Shown: in pieces, positions 1 through 47,839 of the stretch | How the letters are laid out: every line of letters starts with the position of its first letter | Position numbering within the stretch: the stretch's first letter is position 1 | NCBI GenBank assembly: GCA_963920595.1 | Contig: OY986949.1 | Span: 4,836,001-4,900,000, forward strand | From: Eimeria praecox | Lineage: Eukaryota | Direction of reading: 5' to 3' | Length of the DNA: 64,000 bases | The notes under the pieces: model-generated | Seen by the model: only the letters and a program-made list of their open reading frames with translations | Databases searched by the model: none | Told to the model about the DNA's origin: nothing | Made by a program: the position numbers and the translations under genes

Positions 1-244
1 TGCTGCTGCTGCTGTTGCTGCTGCTGTTACTGCTGCTGCATCTGTCTGTGTCTTTGCAACTGCAGCAGCATGGCTTGCTGCTCTGTACGTTCAGGTGTAC
101 GTACACCTCAACACAAACAAAAAAAACCTACTGCTGCTGCTGCTGCTGCAGCAGCAGCAGCAGCAGCAACACGGAAGACAGCCAGTCTCATGCGGGGCCC
201 CCCACCTGCAGCTGCAGCAGCAACAGCAACGTTACCTGCTGCTA

Positions 245-279
245 TCAAACACAGCTCCTGCTGCTCCTGCTGCTCCTGC

Positions 280-311
<32 letters not shown>

Positions 312-405
312 GCTGAAGATTTGCTGCTGCTGCGGCTGTCTGCCAACGCCTGCAGCACGGGGTCTTGGTGCTGCAGTCTGTTCATACAGTCTCGTAGTGT
401 CTGCA

Positions 406-443
<38 letters not shown>

Positions 444-616
444 ACAGCAGCAGCAGCAAGATGGGTTTGCTACTGTATATATAGGAGAATGTAAGGAGAC
501 AGCAGACACAGCAACTGTCTCTACTCACCTTCATTTCTTCTTCTGTATAATATATATAAGATAAACTGCTGCTGACGCACCGCAGCAGACGGCGGTGGAC
601 GTACCCGAACCTGCAT

Positions 617-692
<76 letters not shown>

Positions 693-805
693 ATTATTTT
701 GTAGGAAGTGTGGGGACAGCAGCAGTGTATGTCTCTTTCTTGTCTCTTACGTTGCATATGCCTTGACTGCTTTCGTTATGAGAGCCCCAGGAGACACAAT
801 CTGTC

Positions 806-855
<50 letters not shown>

Positions 856-1367
856 ATACTGGCACGGGCCTGCTGCATTAGCTGCTGTTGCTGCTGCCGT
901 TGCTGCAGCAGCAGCAGATATGTGGGGTGTCTCTGCAGCAGCAGACACAAGTGTGGGGCCGCAGCAGCAAATAAATCTTGATGAGGGATGCTGCAGCGAG
1001 CAAATGCTGCAAGGAGATGAACCCAAGAAACAAAATTATAATAAGCTGCAGCAGACACTGCTGTTGCTGCTGCTGCTGCTGCTGGTGCTGGTGCTGCTGC
1101 TGCTGTTGTTGTTGCTGTTGCTGCTGCTGAGGATGCTGCTCCTTTGGGTGTACTCGCTGCAGCAGCAGCAGAAGCAGCAGACACAGCAGCCTGCAGCTTC
1201 GGTGGCAGCGCGAAGAAGGAGTTGCTGCAGCCAGAAGCAGCAGCAGCAGCAGCAGCAGGAGCAGCAGGAGCAGCAGCAGCAGGATCGCCTGTTGCTGCAG
1301 CAGCAGCTTCAACGCAGTAGGTTGCAACAGCCAACATAAAAGACACTGACGGGACTGCAGCAGCAGC

Positions 1368-1402
<35 letters not shown>

Positions 1403-1568
1403 AGGAGCAGCAGATAACAGATATCTGCTGGAGAGACAGTGCATGCAAGTGTATATATGCTGCTGCTTCTGCTGCAGCAAATAAATTAGGTAGATAGAAA
1501 CGAATCTGTTTGAAGCTATTTACAAGAAGAGACAGAGAGACACCTAGCTCTCGGGTGTCTACACACCA

Positions 1569-1600
<32 letters not shown>

Positions 1601-1711
1601 ATCCTGCTGCTGCTGCTGCTGCTGCAGACACCTGCTGCTGCTGCTGCACTAACATCGACAGCAATTCCTCCGCGTCGCTCCTGCGATAAATCCGCTGGCG
1701 CCGTCGGCTGC

Positions 1712-1771
<60 letters not shown>

Positions 1772-2249
1772 GTTGTAGCTCTGTGTGCTGTCCTGAAGCA
1801 ACAGCACGCAGCAGCGATTCTGCTGCTGCAGCAAGAGCTCTCCAGTAGGCAGCATCATGGTGCTGCTGCAGCAGAGCAGCACGAGCAGCAGCAGCAGCAG
1901 CAGCAAGGTGACACTCGGGTACGACCAAGCCACGAGCTGCTGCTCCTGCTGCTGCTCCTGCTGCTGCTCCTGCTGCTCCTGCTGCTGCTGCTGCTGCAGT
2001 GTATCTGCGACGCCCTACCCCCCATAAACATGATTTAGATATCTGTTGAGGAGAAGTTAATTGAGTTGAGAGGAGAGAAGAACTAGCAGCAACATGTGGC
2101 GGCAGTCGAGCTGTACATACACCTAAACCTGCTGCTGCTGCAGCAGCAGCAGCAGCAGCAGCAAGAGGAACGCCTGCTGAAGCACAACGCCATCTACGTG
2201 CTGCTGCTCCTGCTGCAGCAGCGGCAGCTGCTGCTGCTGCTGCTGACAT
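245..2249 (-). CDS. Hypothetical alpha-helical repeat protein (RAP/heptatricopeptide-repeat-like), 3 exons, about 578 aa
   Basis: Exons 2249-751, 610-529 and 400-245 join in frame through GT-AG introns (AC|GTAAG, CAG|G; AAG|GTGAG, CAG|ACA) and end at TGA. Non-repeat segments (LSLLVNSFKQIRFYLPNLF, LSLQQISVICCSF, VHLLAAFARCSIPHQDLF, ITKAVKAYATFGYVHRRLL) resemble apicomplexan organellar helical-repeat RNA-binding proteins. The N-terminus is Arg/Ala/Ser-rich, like a mitochondrial transit peptide. The family call is inference. Confidence 0.55.
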
Positions 2250-2637
2250 TCTCAGTAGCTCATTTAAGAGAGAGGGACTAAGACATTTGCTGCTGCTGCT
2301 GCAGCAGCAGCAGCAGCAGCAGCTGCTGCTGCTGCTGCAATCTGCTGCTGCTGCTTCTGTGTACAGTAAGAAGCAGCAGAAGGAGCAACAGCAGCAGTAG
2401 TAGTAGCAGTAGCAGCTGTATAACAGCAGCAGCAGCAACAGCAGCAGCAACAGCAGCAGCAGCAACAGGACAGTTTAAGGGACAAGGCCCCTCGGTTGTA
2501 TCGGCAGGTCGGGGTAGCTGCCTATACACCTGAAATAGAATGATGCTATTGTATTTTAAATTTAAAATTAAGAAGATAAACAATATTTAATATTTATTTG
2601 CTGCTGCTAAAGCCAGTCTCTTCCAATGCAGCGTTTA

Positions 2638-2699
<62 letters not shown>

Positions 2700-2833
2700 G
2701 CAGCAGGAACGGCAACAGGGGCCCCCAGGATTGGTGGAGGTGTTGAAGAAGTAATTAAATATACATTTTATGTTTTCTTTGTTGTTTTTAAATCTAAGTA
2801 GTTATATATATAATACATTTAGTGTTGTATAAT

Positions 2834-2879
<46 letters not shown>

Positions 2880-2956
2880 GCAGCAGCAACGGCCCCGCAG
2901 CAGCATCTATTGAAGCCGCATATAAGTGCCAAGCGTTTTGTATCTATTACACCTAT

Positions 2957-3011
<55 letters not shown>

Positions 3012-3341
3012 GCAGTTAATTTATCTGCTGCTGCTTCTTCTTCTCTCAACCCAATATCTCCTCCCTTGCACCTACGAAGCCTCAGCATCGAGACGACGAC
3101 AGCAGCAGCAGCAACAGCAGCAGCAGCAACAGCAGCAACAGCAGCAGCAGCAGCAGCAGAAATCAAAGCAGCAGCAGCAGCCTCAACGACTACCATATAC
3201 GGTAGAGTGCTGCCACTGAAGCAGCAGCAACAGCAGCAGCAGCAACAGCATCATCAACACCCTCAACAGCAGCAACAGCAGCAGCACCACCACCATCACC
3301 AGCAGCAACACCCTCCTCAACAGCAACATCAGCAGCAACAT

Positions 3342-3379
<38 letters not shown>

Positions 3380-3422
3380 CGTGTCCCCCTGTCTCCCTGT
3401 CTCTCCCTGCAAGACCTCAACG

Positions 3423-11939
<8,517 letters not shown>

Positions 11940-11941
11940 AA

Positions 11942-11984
<43 letters not shown>

Positions 11985-12009
11985 GTATAATACAACAACA
12001 GACTCTCTT

Positions 12010-12500
12010 CCTTTGGGGGCCCCTCTATTAAAATATAGGGGAGGGGGGCCCCCCTGTGGGTACTCGTAGGGGCCCCACCCTCCTCTTATTAAACAAGGTA
12101 GGGCCCCCCGCTTAGGCAACATCCTCTTAGGGGCCCCCATGGTGGTACCCTCTTAGGGGCCCCCCATGTTACTATCCTATAAGGGGCCCCCCTGCTGGTA
12201 CTCTCTTAGGGGGGGCCCCCTGCTGGTAATCTCTTAGGGGCCCCCAGGTTGCTTGGTACCCTCTTGGGGGCCCCCATGCTCCTACCCTATAAGGGGCCCC
12301 TATCCAGGGGCCCCTCGCCCCTTTGGGTTAAGGGCCCCCCATGTTGGTACCCTCTTAGGGGCAACCCATGTTGGTACCCTCTTAGGGGCCCCCCAGTTGG
12401 TACCCCCTTAGGGCCGCCAGTGGGTACCCTCTTAGGGGCCCCCTAAGTTGGTACCCTCGTAGGGGCCCCCCTGTGGGTACCCTCTTAGGGGCCCCCTCTC
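12010..12500. repeat. GC-rich degenerate tandem repeat (GGTACCCTCTTAGGGGCCCCCC-like, about 25-28 bp unit)
   Basis: Recurrent GGTACC, CTCTTAG and GGGGCCCC blocks directly downstream of the RUVBL2 stop codon. Confidence 0.85.
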
Positions 12501-12615
12501 TAATTGAGGTCCCCGCATATTATATATAAAATATATTTCTTTTGTTAGTTTCTTTTAAATGTTAACTCCTTTTAGTTATTTGTCTCTTATTGTCTTTTCT
12601 TTGTTAGAAACAAAT

Positions 12616-12820
12616 AATTAAATATATAATTAAATTAAATAATTAACTATATAATTAAATTAAATAATTAAATATATAATTAAATTAAATAGTTAAATAT
12701 ATAATTAAATTAAATAATTAAATATATAATTAAATTAAATAATTAAATATATAATTAAATTAAGTAGTTAAATATATAATTAAATTAAATAGTTAAATAT
12801 ATAATTAAATTATATTAAAT
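12616..12820. repeat. AT-rich 25-bp minisatellite (AATTAAATATATAATTAAATTAAAT, about 8 copies)
   Basis: Units start at 12616, 12641, 12666 and onward, with single-base variants. Confidence 0.9.
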
Positions 12821-12906
12821 ATCTTTATTTATTTATTTTTCTTCTTTTTTCTTCGTTTTTCCCTAAACACCAGCAGAACATCCCCCACACCTCTGCGCCT
12901 CTTCTT

Positions 12907-12975
<69 letters not shown>

Positions 12976-13689
12976 TGTATTATCATACTATCTTCTTATA
13001 TAATTAAAAGATAAGAAGATGTATAATTTATTTTAATGTTTGTATTAATATTTTATTTTATAGTTTTATTATTATTATAATCTAAAATAGACAAATAGTA
13101 GATATTATATTTAAAATATATTTAATTATATCTTCTACTTTGTCTGCATTGTATATTTATCTTTATCGTTACTATCTTATTAATAATATATAATTAGAGA
13201 TACAAACAACATCAATAAAATACTCAAACGTCTGTCTCCTTTCTGTCTCCTTCTGTCTCCTTCTCTCTCCTTCTCTATCCTTCTCTCTCCTTTCTGTCTG
13301 CTTCTTTGTCTAGCCGTCTCTCTCTCTCTGTCTCTCTTCTCCTGTCTCCTTCTCTCTCTGTCTCTCTCTCTCTCTCTGTCTGTCTCTTTATTCTTCTATT
13401 TCTGTATCTTCTTCTGTCTCTCTGTCTCTGTTTTTCTGTTTCTGTTTTCTTTGTTTCCTCTCTTTATCTATCTTTTATTATTTTGTTAGCTCTACTTCTC
13501 TTATTTCTATCTTCTATACACCTCAAATATTAATTTTGATGTCGTATGTCCCCTCTGTCTCCTTATCTGTCTCCTTATCTGTCTCCTTATCTGTCTCCCC
13601 TCTGTCTTCTTTCTGTCTCCTTATCTGTCTCTGTCTTGTCTCTTTTCTATTTTTTAGTGTCTCCTTGCATCATTTTCTGTCTCCTTTTA

Positions 13690-14470
13690 ATTATTAATTA
13701 TTTTCTGTCTCTTTTGTATTATTTTCTGAATCCTTTGGATTATTTTCTATCTCCTTTTAATTATTTTCTGTCCCCTTTTAATTATTTTCCGTCTCTCGTT
13801 TACTTTCCTCTGTCTCTTTCTTATTTTCTTCTGTCTCCTTCTTTTAATTATTTTCTGTCTCCTTTGTATTATTTTCTGTCTCCCTTTTTAAATTATTTTC
13901 TGTATCCTTTTAATTATTTGCTGTCTCCTTTTAATTATTTTCTGTCTCCTCTGTACTATTTTCTATCTCCTTTTAATTATTTTCTGTCTCCTCTGTACTA
14001 TTTTCTATCTCCTTTTAATTATTTTCTGTCTCCTCTGTACTATTTTCTATCTCCTTTTAATTATTTTCTGTCTCCTTCGTATTATTTTCTGTCTCCTTTT
14101 AATTATTTTCTGTCTCCCTTTTAAAAATATTTTCTGTATCCTTTTAATTATTTTCTGTCTCCTTTTAATTATTTTCTGTCTCCTTTTAATTATTTTCCGT
14201 CTCCTTTTAATTATTTTCTGTCTCCTTTTAAATACTAAATATTTTCTGTCTCCTTTGTATTATTTCCTGTCTCTTTTGTATTATTTTCTCTCCTTCTTAA
14301 AATTATTTTCTGTCTCCCTTTTAATATTATTTTCTGTCTCCTTTTAATTATTTTCTGCTAATTATTAATTATTTTCTGTCTCCTTTGTATTATTTTCTGT
14401 CTCCTTTTAATTATTTTCTGTTAATTATTAATTATTTTCTGTCTCCTTTGTATTATTTTCTGTCTCCTTC
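13690..14470. repeat. 21-bp minisatellite (TTATTTTCTGTCTCCTTTTAA)n, intergenic
   Basis: The repeat is visible directly and as LSPFNYF/LSPLYYF heptads in the spurious ORF 13546-14124. Confidence 0.9.
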
Positions 14471-14733
14471 ACAACCCCACCACAAGTTAGTTAATAAACA
14501 CGTTTTGTTTCATCTACTTTCTTCTCCCTCTCTCTTAAGTTAAGTCACCAACATTATTTAATTTAATTTAATTTAATTAATTAATTTAATTTAATTTAAT
14601 TTAATTTAAATTAATTAATTTAAATTAATTAATTTAAATTTATTAAATAGACAGAAACTCCTTACTGTCTCCTCTAGATAAACACAACAACCCCACCACC
14701 ATCGGGGGGCCCCGTGAGCGACACACAGATCCT

Positions 14734-14779
<46 letters not shown>

Positions 14780-14899
14780 GTTTGCTGCTATCTCCTTCTT
14801 TGTTTTGAAGCACTAACAGCAGATATTCTGTAGGAGACACCGTAACTGTCTCCTTAACCAATCAGCCCTCAGCCACACATCTTTTGCTGCTGCTGCGGC

Positions 14900-14933
<34 letters not shown>

Positions 14934-15136
14934 CTTGCTGCTGGAACGCCTCAATAACCAGCAGCCGCAGCAGCAGCAGCAGCTACAGCTACACTCTCTG
15001 GAGGAGCAGCAGCAGCAGAAGCTGCAGCAGCAGCAGCAGCTGCTGCTGCTGCAGCAACAACCCTAAGATGCTGCGCTTAGTGAGGGGGCATACACCTTCA
15101 GCCTCAGCCCCATGATCTTCCTATGACAGCAGCACG

Positions 15137-15177
<41 letters not shown>

Positions 15178-15286
15178 GCGATGCATGCAGCAGCAATACA
15201 GGCCTGCAGCAGCAGCAGCGCCTTAAGCGTCTAGCAGCAGTCTTGGAGACAGCAGCAGCAGCAGCAGCAGCAGCAGCTAAAGAACG

Positions 15287-30526
<15,240 letters not shown>

Positions 30527-30564
30527 TACTTATCATTACTCGACATTCTTGCTGCTGCTGCTGT

Positions 30565-30598
<34 letters not shown>

Positions 30599-30949
30599 AG
30601 AGGAGCAGCAGCATCTGCTGCAGCCATAATATATGCTGCAGCAGGAGCAGCAGCAGCATCTGCTACAGCTTTAATAACACCTGCTGCAGTTGTCCTATAT
30701 CTCTCGCTGCTGCAGCAACAGCAGCCTGCTTAGCTGCTGCTGTTGCTGTTAATTCGCTGCAGCAGCAGTTGTTTCTTGCTGCTGCTGCTGCAGCTGTTTT
30801 GCTGCTGCTCTAGCAGCAGCAGCTGCTGCTCTGCTGCAGCAAGAGCATTTTTTGGTTTGTTAGAAAATAACTTAAGCCTCATCATTTACAACGAACCCTA
30901 TCATAAACTGCTGCTGCTGCTGCTGCTGCTGCAGCAACAGCAGCAGCAA

Positions 30950-30985
<36 letters not shown>

Positions 30986-31384
30986 TAGTAAGGCAACAAT
31001 AGAAGATACGGGGATTTAGATTTGCTTTCGTTGCTTCCATTTAAAGAATTCGACTTAACAACCCCACACACTAGCTAGCTAGCTAGCTAGCTAGCTGTTC
31101 GTTAGGTAGCTAGCTGTTAGCTAGCCGCTAGCTAGCTAGCTAGCTGTTAGCTAGCTGTTAGCTAGCTGTTAGCTAGCTGCTGTTTGTAGGGGGAGGGGCA
31201 TCTGAAGGGCGCTGCACTGTGTCTCAGCAACCTGAGACAAACAAAATATCTGAAGCTCTGCTGCTGCTGCTGCTGCAGCAGCAGCAGCTGCTGCTGGGAA
31301 TGCTGCTACTGCTGTAGCTGTTGCTGCTGATGCTGCTGCTGCTGCAGCAGCAGCAGCTGCTGCAGCAGCAGCTGCTGCTGTTGT

Positions 31385-42288
<10,904 letters not shown>

Positions 42289-42461
42289 CTTCTTAAATAA
42301 ATACAGAGGAGAGGGCTGCTGCTCGTCGCCCTAGCAGCAGCTGAGGGCTTGAGAGAGAAGGAGTAGCTGAGGTGTACGTACACCTGAAGTTAATGTTTTT
42401 AATTATAATTAATTTGATATTGAGCAGCAAAATACACAAACACATCCTCCACTTGAAGCTC

Positions 42462-42507
<46 letters not shown>

Positions 42508-42678
42508 TGTGAGGCGGCTGCAGCAACGACCCCACTGTTGCTGCTTCAGCCTTCTTGTAGTAGTAGAAGCAGCACACAAAAGATTACAGCAGCAGTAAAT
42601 GTATTTATATTAATTATTATTTATTTATTATTAAACAAATAAATAAATAATTTCTAAGCTACACACACTACTACGTTC

Positions 42679-42700
42679 TTGAGGTGTACAGACACCTCAA
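42679..42700. promoter_or_regulatory. Near-palindromic 22-mer TTGAGGTGTACAGACACCTCAA, candidate cis-element
   Basis: 391 bp upstream of the oxidoreductase ATG, with an identical copy at 61308-61329. Function is inferred only. Confidence 0.4.
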
Positions 42701-42925
42701 AATCCCATCATCTTCCTCTCTCTCTCTTCTCTCTTCTGCTGCTGTCTTCTGCTTCGTCTCTCTCAGGCTCTACACGCTATTTGCTGTATTAGTAGCTACC
42801 CTGCAGGGAGGCTGTAGCTAGCTGTAGCTAGCTACAGCTAGCTGCGACGCGCCACAGCTGGCTACAGCTAGCTACGCCAGGTTGTATGGCATCAGGAAAC
42901 GACATAGGAAGCTAGCAGCACTTGC

Positions 42926-42969
<44 letters not shown>

Positions 42970-43140
42970 GACCGGCTCGTGCTGCAGCACGTGTCTGTCT
43001 CTTCCCTAGATATTTGTCTCTGTCTGTCTGTGTCTCTGTCTGTCTCTGTTATTGTTTTTTATAATATTAAATTCTAATATATCTATCTAATACTCTGCTG
43101 CTCTGCTGCTGTATGCTGTAAGGAGAAGACATCATTCTGG

Positions 43141-43173
<33 letters not shown>

Positions 43174-43651
43174 CTCTGTCTCCTTAGATACAGTTAGCTG
43201 TCTGTGTCTCTTCTGTCTCCTTATTAAACAGCAGCAATTACCTCTGTCTCTGTCTCTGCTGTCTCTCCCTCTCCACTGTCTCTCCTGTCTCCTTATACAG
43301 CAGCGGCTGTCTCTGTCTCTCGTGTCTCTGTCTGTCCTGCCCCTGTCTGTCTCTGTCTCTGTCTTTGTCTCTTCTGTCTCTTCTGTCTCTATCTCTTCTG
43401 TCTCTGTCTCTTCTGTCTCCTTCGACAGCAGCAAGTGTCTCTACGTAAGCCCTGAGATGCATGCATCGAGGGCTGAGCGATATTCTAATTCCCCTCAATT
43501 CGGAGACAGGAGACAGAGTTTTTTACTGTCTCCTTTGTCTCCTTAGCAGCAGCAGCAGCTGCTGCTGCTGCAGCAACTGCTGCTGCTGCTGCTGCTGTAC
43601 AGACACTCCAAATGCCTTTCTTTCTGTCTCCGCTACACACACAAGGACGCC

Positions 43652-44090
43652 CAGCTAGCTAGCTAGCTAGGCAGCTAGGCAGCTAGCTAGCTAGCTAGGC
43701 AGCTAACCAGCTAGCCATCCAGCTAGCCAACAGGCTACCCAGGTAGACAGCTACATATCTATCTATCTGGCTAGCTAGTCAGCTAGCTAGCCAGCTAGCT
43801 AGCTAGCTAGCTAGTCAGATAACTAGTCAGCTAGCTAGCCAGCTAGCTAGCCAGCTAGTCAGTCAGACAGCTAGTCAAGCAGATGGCTAGCTACCCCACC
43901 TAGCTAGCCAGCTAGCTACAAATCCAGCTAGCTAGTCAGCTAGCTAGTCAGCTAGCTAGTCAGCTAGCTAGTCAGCTAGCTAGCCAGCTAGCTAGTCAGC
44001 TAGCTAGTCAGCTAGCTAGTCAGCTAGCTAGCCAGCTAGCTAGTCAGCTAGCTAGTCAGCTAGCTAGTCAGCTAGCTAGTCAGCTAGCTT
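43652..44090. repeat. (TAGC)n-derived array with 12-bp unit CAGCTAGCTAGT, intergenic
   Basis: Direct repeat between the Timeless-like stop codon and the oxidoreductase upstream region. Confidence 0.9.
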
Positions 44091-44179
44091 GGAAAGGGTG
44101 GGGAGGGATATCAAAGGGCAGGCTTCCGAGGAGGAAGTGCTGCTCCTTAGCTCGCTGCTGCTGCTGCTGCTGTAGCTGC

Positions 44180-44246
<67 letters not shown>

Positions 44247-44249
44247 GAC

Positions 44250-45066
44250 CTACGATAGCTGCATGAGACGGCGAAGCTTTGCAGCCCCTGTTAGTTTTTG
44301 TTTGCCTAGGAATCCAACAAGTGTCTCCTCCTGCAGCATCTGCTGCTGCTGCTGCTGCTGCTGCTGCTCGCACACATACAACATACACAACATAGGAGCA
44401 ACCTTCTCTTGCTATTGCTGCTGCTGCTGCTGCTGCTGCTACTTCTTTTGCTGGTGCTGCTGCAGCTACTGTTCCTGCTGCTTATCTATTGCTGCTCCTG
44501 TTGCTGCTGCTCCTGTTGCTGCTGCTGCTGCTACTGTTGCTCCTTCTACTGCTGCTGCTTCTACTGTTGCTGCTGCTACTGTTGCTGCTTCTACTGTTGC
44601 TGCTGCTACTGTTGCTGCTAGTGCTCCTGCCGCTGCTGTTCTTGCTGCTACTGTTGCTGCTGCTACTGTTGCTGCAAGTACTGCTGCTACTACTACTGGT
44701 GCTGCTGGTGCTCTTGTTGCTGCTGCTGCTGCTGCTCTTGTTGTTGCTGCTGCTGCTGCTGTCTTACTCTTTTCTCCACGATGCTGCAGCAGTCTTTCAG
44801 CAGCTCGCGCAGTTCTTCTCGGCTCGGAGCCTTCCGGGCCTTCTTGCTTCTGCCTTGCTGCTCCTCATCCGCTGCTGCTGCTGCTGCTGCAGCAGCAGCA
44901 GCAGCAGCTGCTGCTGCTGCTGTTGTTGTTGCTGCAGCTGCTGGCTGGGCATCTTCCATCAAGTCTGGTGCAGCACTGACAGCTTCCGCCAGCATCCGCT
45001 TCTGCTGTAGCTTCTGCTGCTGCTGCTGCTGTTGCTGCTGCTGTTGCTGCTGCTGTTGCTGCTGCT

Positions 45067-45097
<31 letters not shown>

Positions 45098-45426
45098 TCT
45101 CTCCATGTCTGTCTCCTCCAGAAACCTCTTGATCCCTTCAGGCAACAGAGCAGCAGCAGCAGCAGCAGCAGCAGCATTTGAGGTGTCTCCTCGGGCTTCT
45201 ACTGTCTCCCGTATCCACGCTGCAAAGGCGTCATCTTCTTCCTCAGCCGCTGCTGCTGCTGTTGCAGCAGCAGCAGCAGCTGCTGCTGCTGCTGCTGCTG
45301 CGTCGCGTTCACCCTCTGCTGCTCTTGATGCTGCTGCTCTTGCCCTTCCTGTTGCTGTTGCTGCTGCTGCTGCTGCTGCCTCTGCCTCAGTGCTCTCTGC
45401 TGTCTCCTCGGCTGCGTCGGGCTGCT

Positions 45427-45468
<42 letters not shown>

Positions 45469-46205
45469 CGTCAGGTGTCTCCTCAGGTTCTTTGATTTTC
45501 TGCTTCCTGCTGCGTCTTCTTCTTCTGTTTCGCGGGGACACGTCTTCTACATGATCTGTCTCCTCATCTGCAGCAGCATCGCTGTTGCTGTTGCTGCTGC
45601 TGTTGCTGCTGTTGCTGCTGTTGCTGCTGTCAGACAGCGCAGCAGCAGCCTCCTGCTGCTCGTGACTGTCTCCTCTCTGTCTCCTTTCTTTGCGTCTTCG
45701 TCTCTGTCTTTTTTGTTTTATTTTTCTTTCTCTGTCTTCTTCTTCTTCTTCTTCTTCTTCTTCTTCTTCTTCCTGCTGCTGTATCTCTTCCTGCTGCTGC
45801 TGCTGCTGCTGTTGTTGTTTCTCTTGTTGCTGCTGTTGTTCAAGTTGCTCCTGCTGCTGCTGCTGCTGCTGTTGCTGTTGCTGCTGCAGCATTTCTGCTA
45901 GTATATTTGCCTCTTCTCTGAGTGCAGCAGCAGATGTAAGAGATTGATTTGTCAAGGCTTTCAGTAGAAGCTTCAACTGTCTCCGCAGCCAGGAGACAGG
46001 TAGATAGTAATGACTATCTAACCATATCCATATTCTGTTGCTGCTGTCTGCTGCTGGCTGCCCCCCTAGAGCAGCACAAACCCATAAACCTTGCAGAGTT
46101 GAAGGTAGTCTACATGTATCTAATCTTGTTGTTGCTCCTCCTGCTGTCTCTTCTTCATCTCCTGCCTGTCCTTGTTGTTTAAGAACTAGGTCTCCTACTG
46201 CTCCA

Positions 46206-46240
<35 letters not shown>

Positions 46241-46764
46241 TGCTGCTGTTTCTGTGTCGAGAGGTGTTGTTTTTTCTGCTGCTGCTTCTGCTGCTGCTGC
46301 TTCTGCTGCTGCTGCTTCTGCAGCAGCAGCACGACGATTAACCCAGGTGTCTAGACACCTCACAAGCTGCAGCAGCAGCTCCTCTTCTCCTACAACTGTC
46401 CCCATAGGCTGTTGTTCTATGAATTCGCGCCAGTCAGCTAATTTATTTATTAATATATATTGCTGCTGCAGCGTAGGCTTTGCTGGATATACCTTCATTC
46501 TTAAGGGTCTAGCACTTGCTGCTCCTGTCTCCTTTCCGTGCTTCTCCCTCTTCTTCTGTCTCCTTCTATCTCCTTCTCCTCTGTCTCTTCTCTCTCTTCT
46601 CTCTCCTCTGTCTCCTCTGTCTCCTCTGTCTCCTTCATAGCTCGTGTGTCCCCTCCCTCTTGTCTTATCTCCAGGCCTTACATCTTCTACTAACATCTCC
46701 AACTCCTGTATTCATACAGGCATCACATGCAGCATACAGACATATAGCTAGCTATCTAGCTAGC

Positions 46765-46815
<51 letters not shown>

Positions 46816-47593
46816 CTACCTACCTACCTACCTACCTAGCTGGGCTATCTAGAAGCTCCTGCTGCTTAATTACCCATAGCTAGCTAGCTGGCTGGCTAGC
46901 TAGCTAGCTAGCTAGCTAGCTGGCGGACTGTTTGAGCGGGCGGCAGTAGGCTCACAGTTAAATGGCTAGCTAGTATCTACCTAACAGCTGCTTAGCTAGG
47001 GTAGCTAGCTGTCTAGCTGCCCGCATATCTAGCTAGCTAGCTATGTAGCTAGCTATGTAGCTAGCTGTGTAGCTAGCTGCGCGGCTAGCTGTCTATCGAT
47101 CTGTATATATAGCAGTGTGGCTAGCTCCATAGCTAGCTGTCTAGCTAGCTGTCTAGCTAGCTGTCTAGCTAGTTGTCTAGCTAGCTGTCTAGCTAGCTGT
47201 CTAGCTAGCTGTCTAGCTAGTTGTCTAGCTAGCTGTCTAGCTAGCTGTCTAGCTAGCTGTGTGGCTAGCAGTGTGGCTAGCTGTCTAGCTAGCTGTCTAG
47301 CTAGCTGTGTAGCTAGCTGTGTAGCTCCTTACATCAAGTGTCTGTGCATGCATGGCTTTGAATACTCGTAGACGATCTCTCCATGTAGCTGTAGATACAG
47401 CCGAAGGGAGACACCATCTACTGTCTCCTTCTTCTTCTAATCCTAGCAGCCATAGAACTCTTCTTATCTTTCTTTCTCTTCTAACATATACAAACCAATC
47501 TAGAGACTCCAATGGCAGCACACGCTTGTCCTCAGCCTCATCCTGCTGCTGCTGCTGCTGCTGCTGCTCATCCTGCTGCTGCTGCTGCTCATC

Positions 47594-47624
<31 letters not shown>

Positions 47625-47712
47625 GGCGCGTGGGGACGCTCTAGTTGCTGCAGCAGAGCTTCGGAGCAGTGAAGCAAATCAGCAAGAAGGTCCGTAGGCT
47701 CTCGTCCTGCTA

Positions 47713-47754
<42 letters not shown>

Positions 47755-47801
47755 CTGCTTCCTGATGGCTGGTGTCTTCCCCCGCAAAGAGTGAAGAAGC
47801 T

Positions 47802-47839
<38 letters not shown>

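Noticed and set aside
2910..3422. Poly-A/Q/H N-terminal extension of RUVBL2
   Set aside because: The ORF is opened at a TTG with no in-frame ATG before 3423, where Rvb2 homology begins.
13546..14124. 192-aa hydrophobic heptad-repeat membrane protein
   Set aside because: Translation of a 21-bp minisatellite that continues out of frame beyond the ORF.
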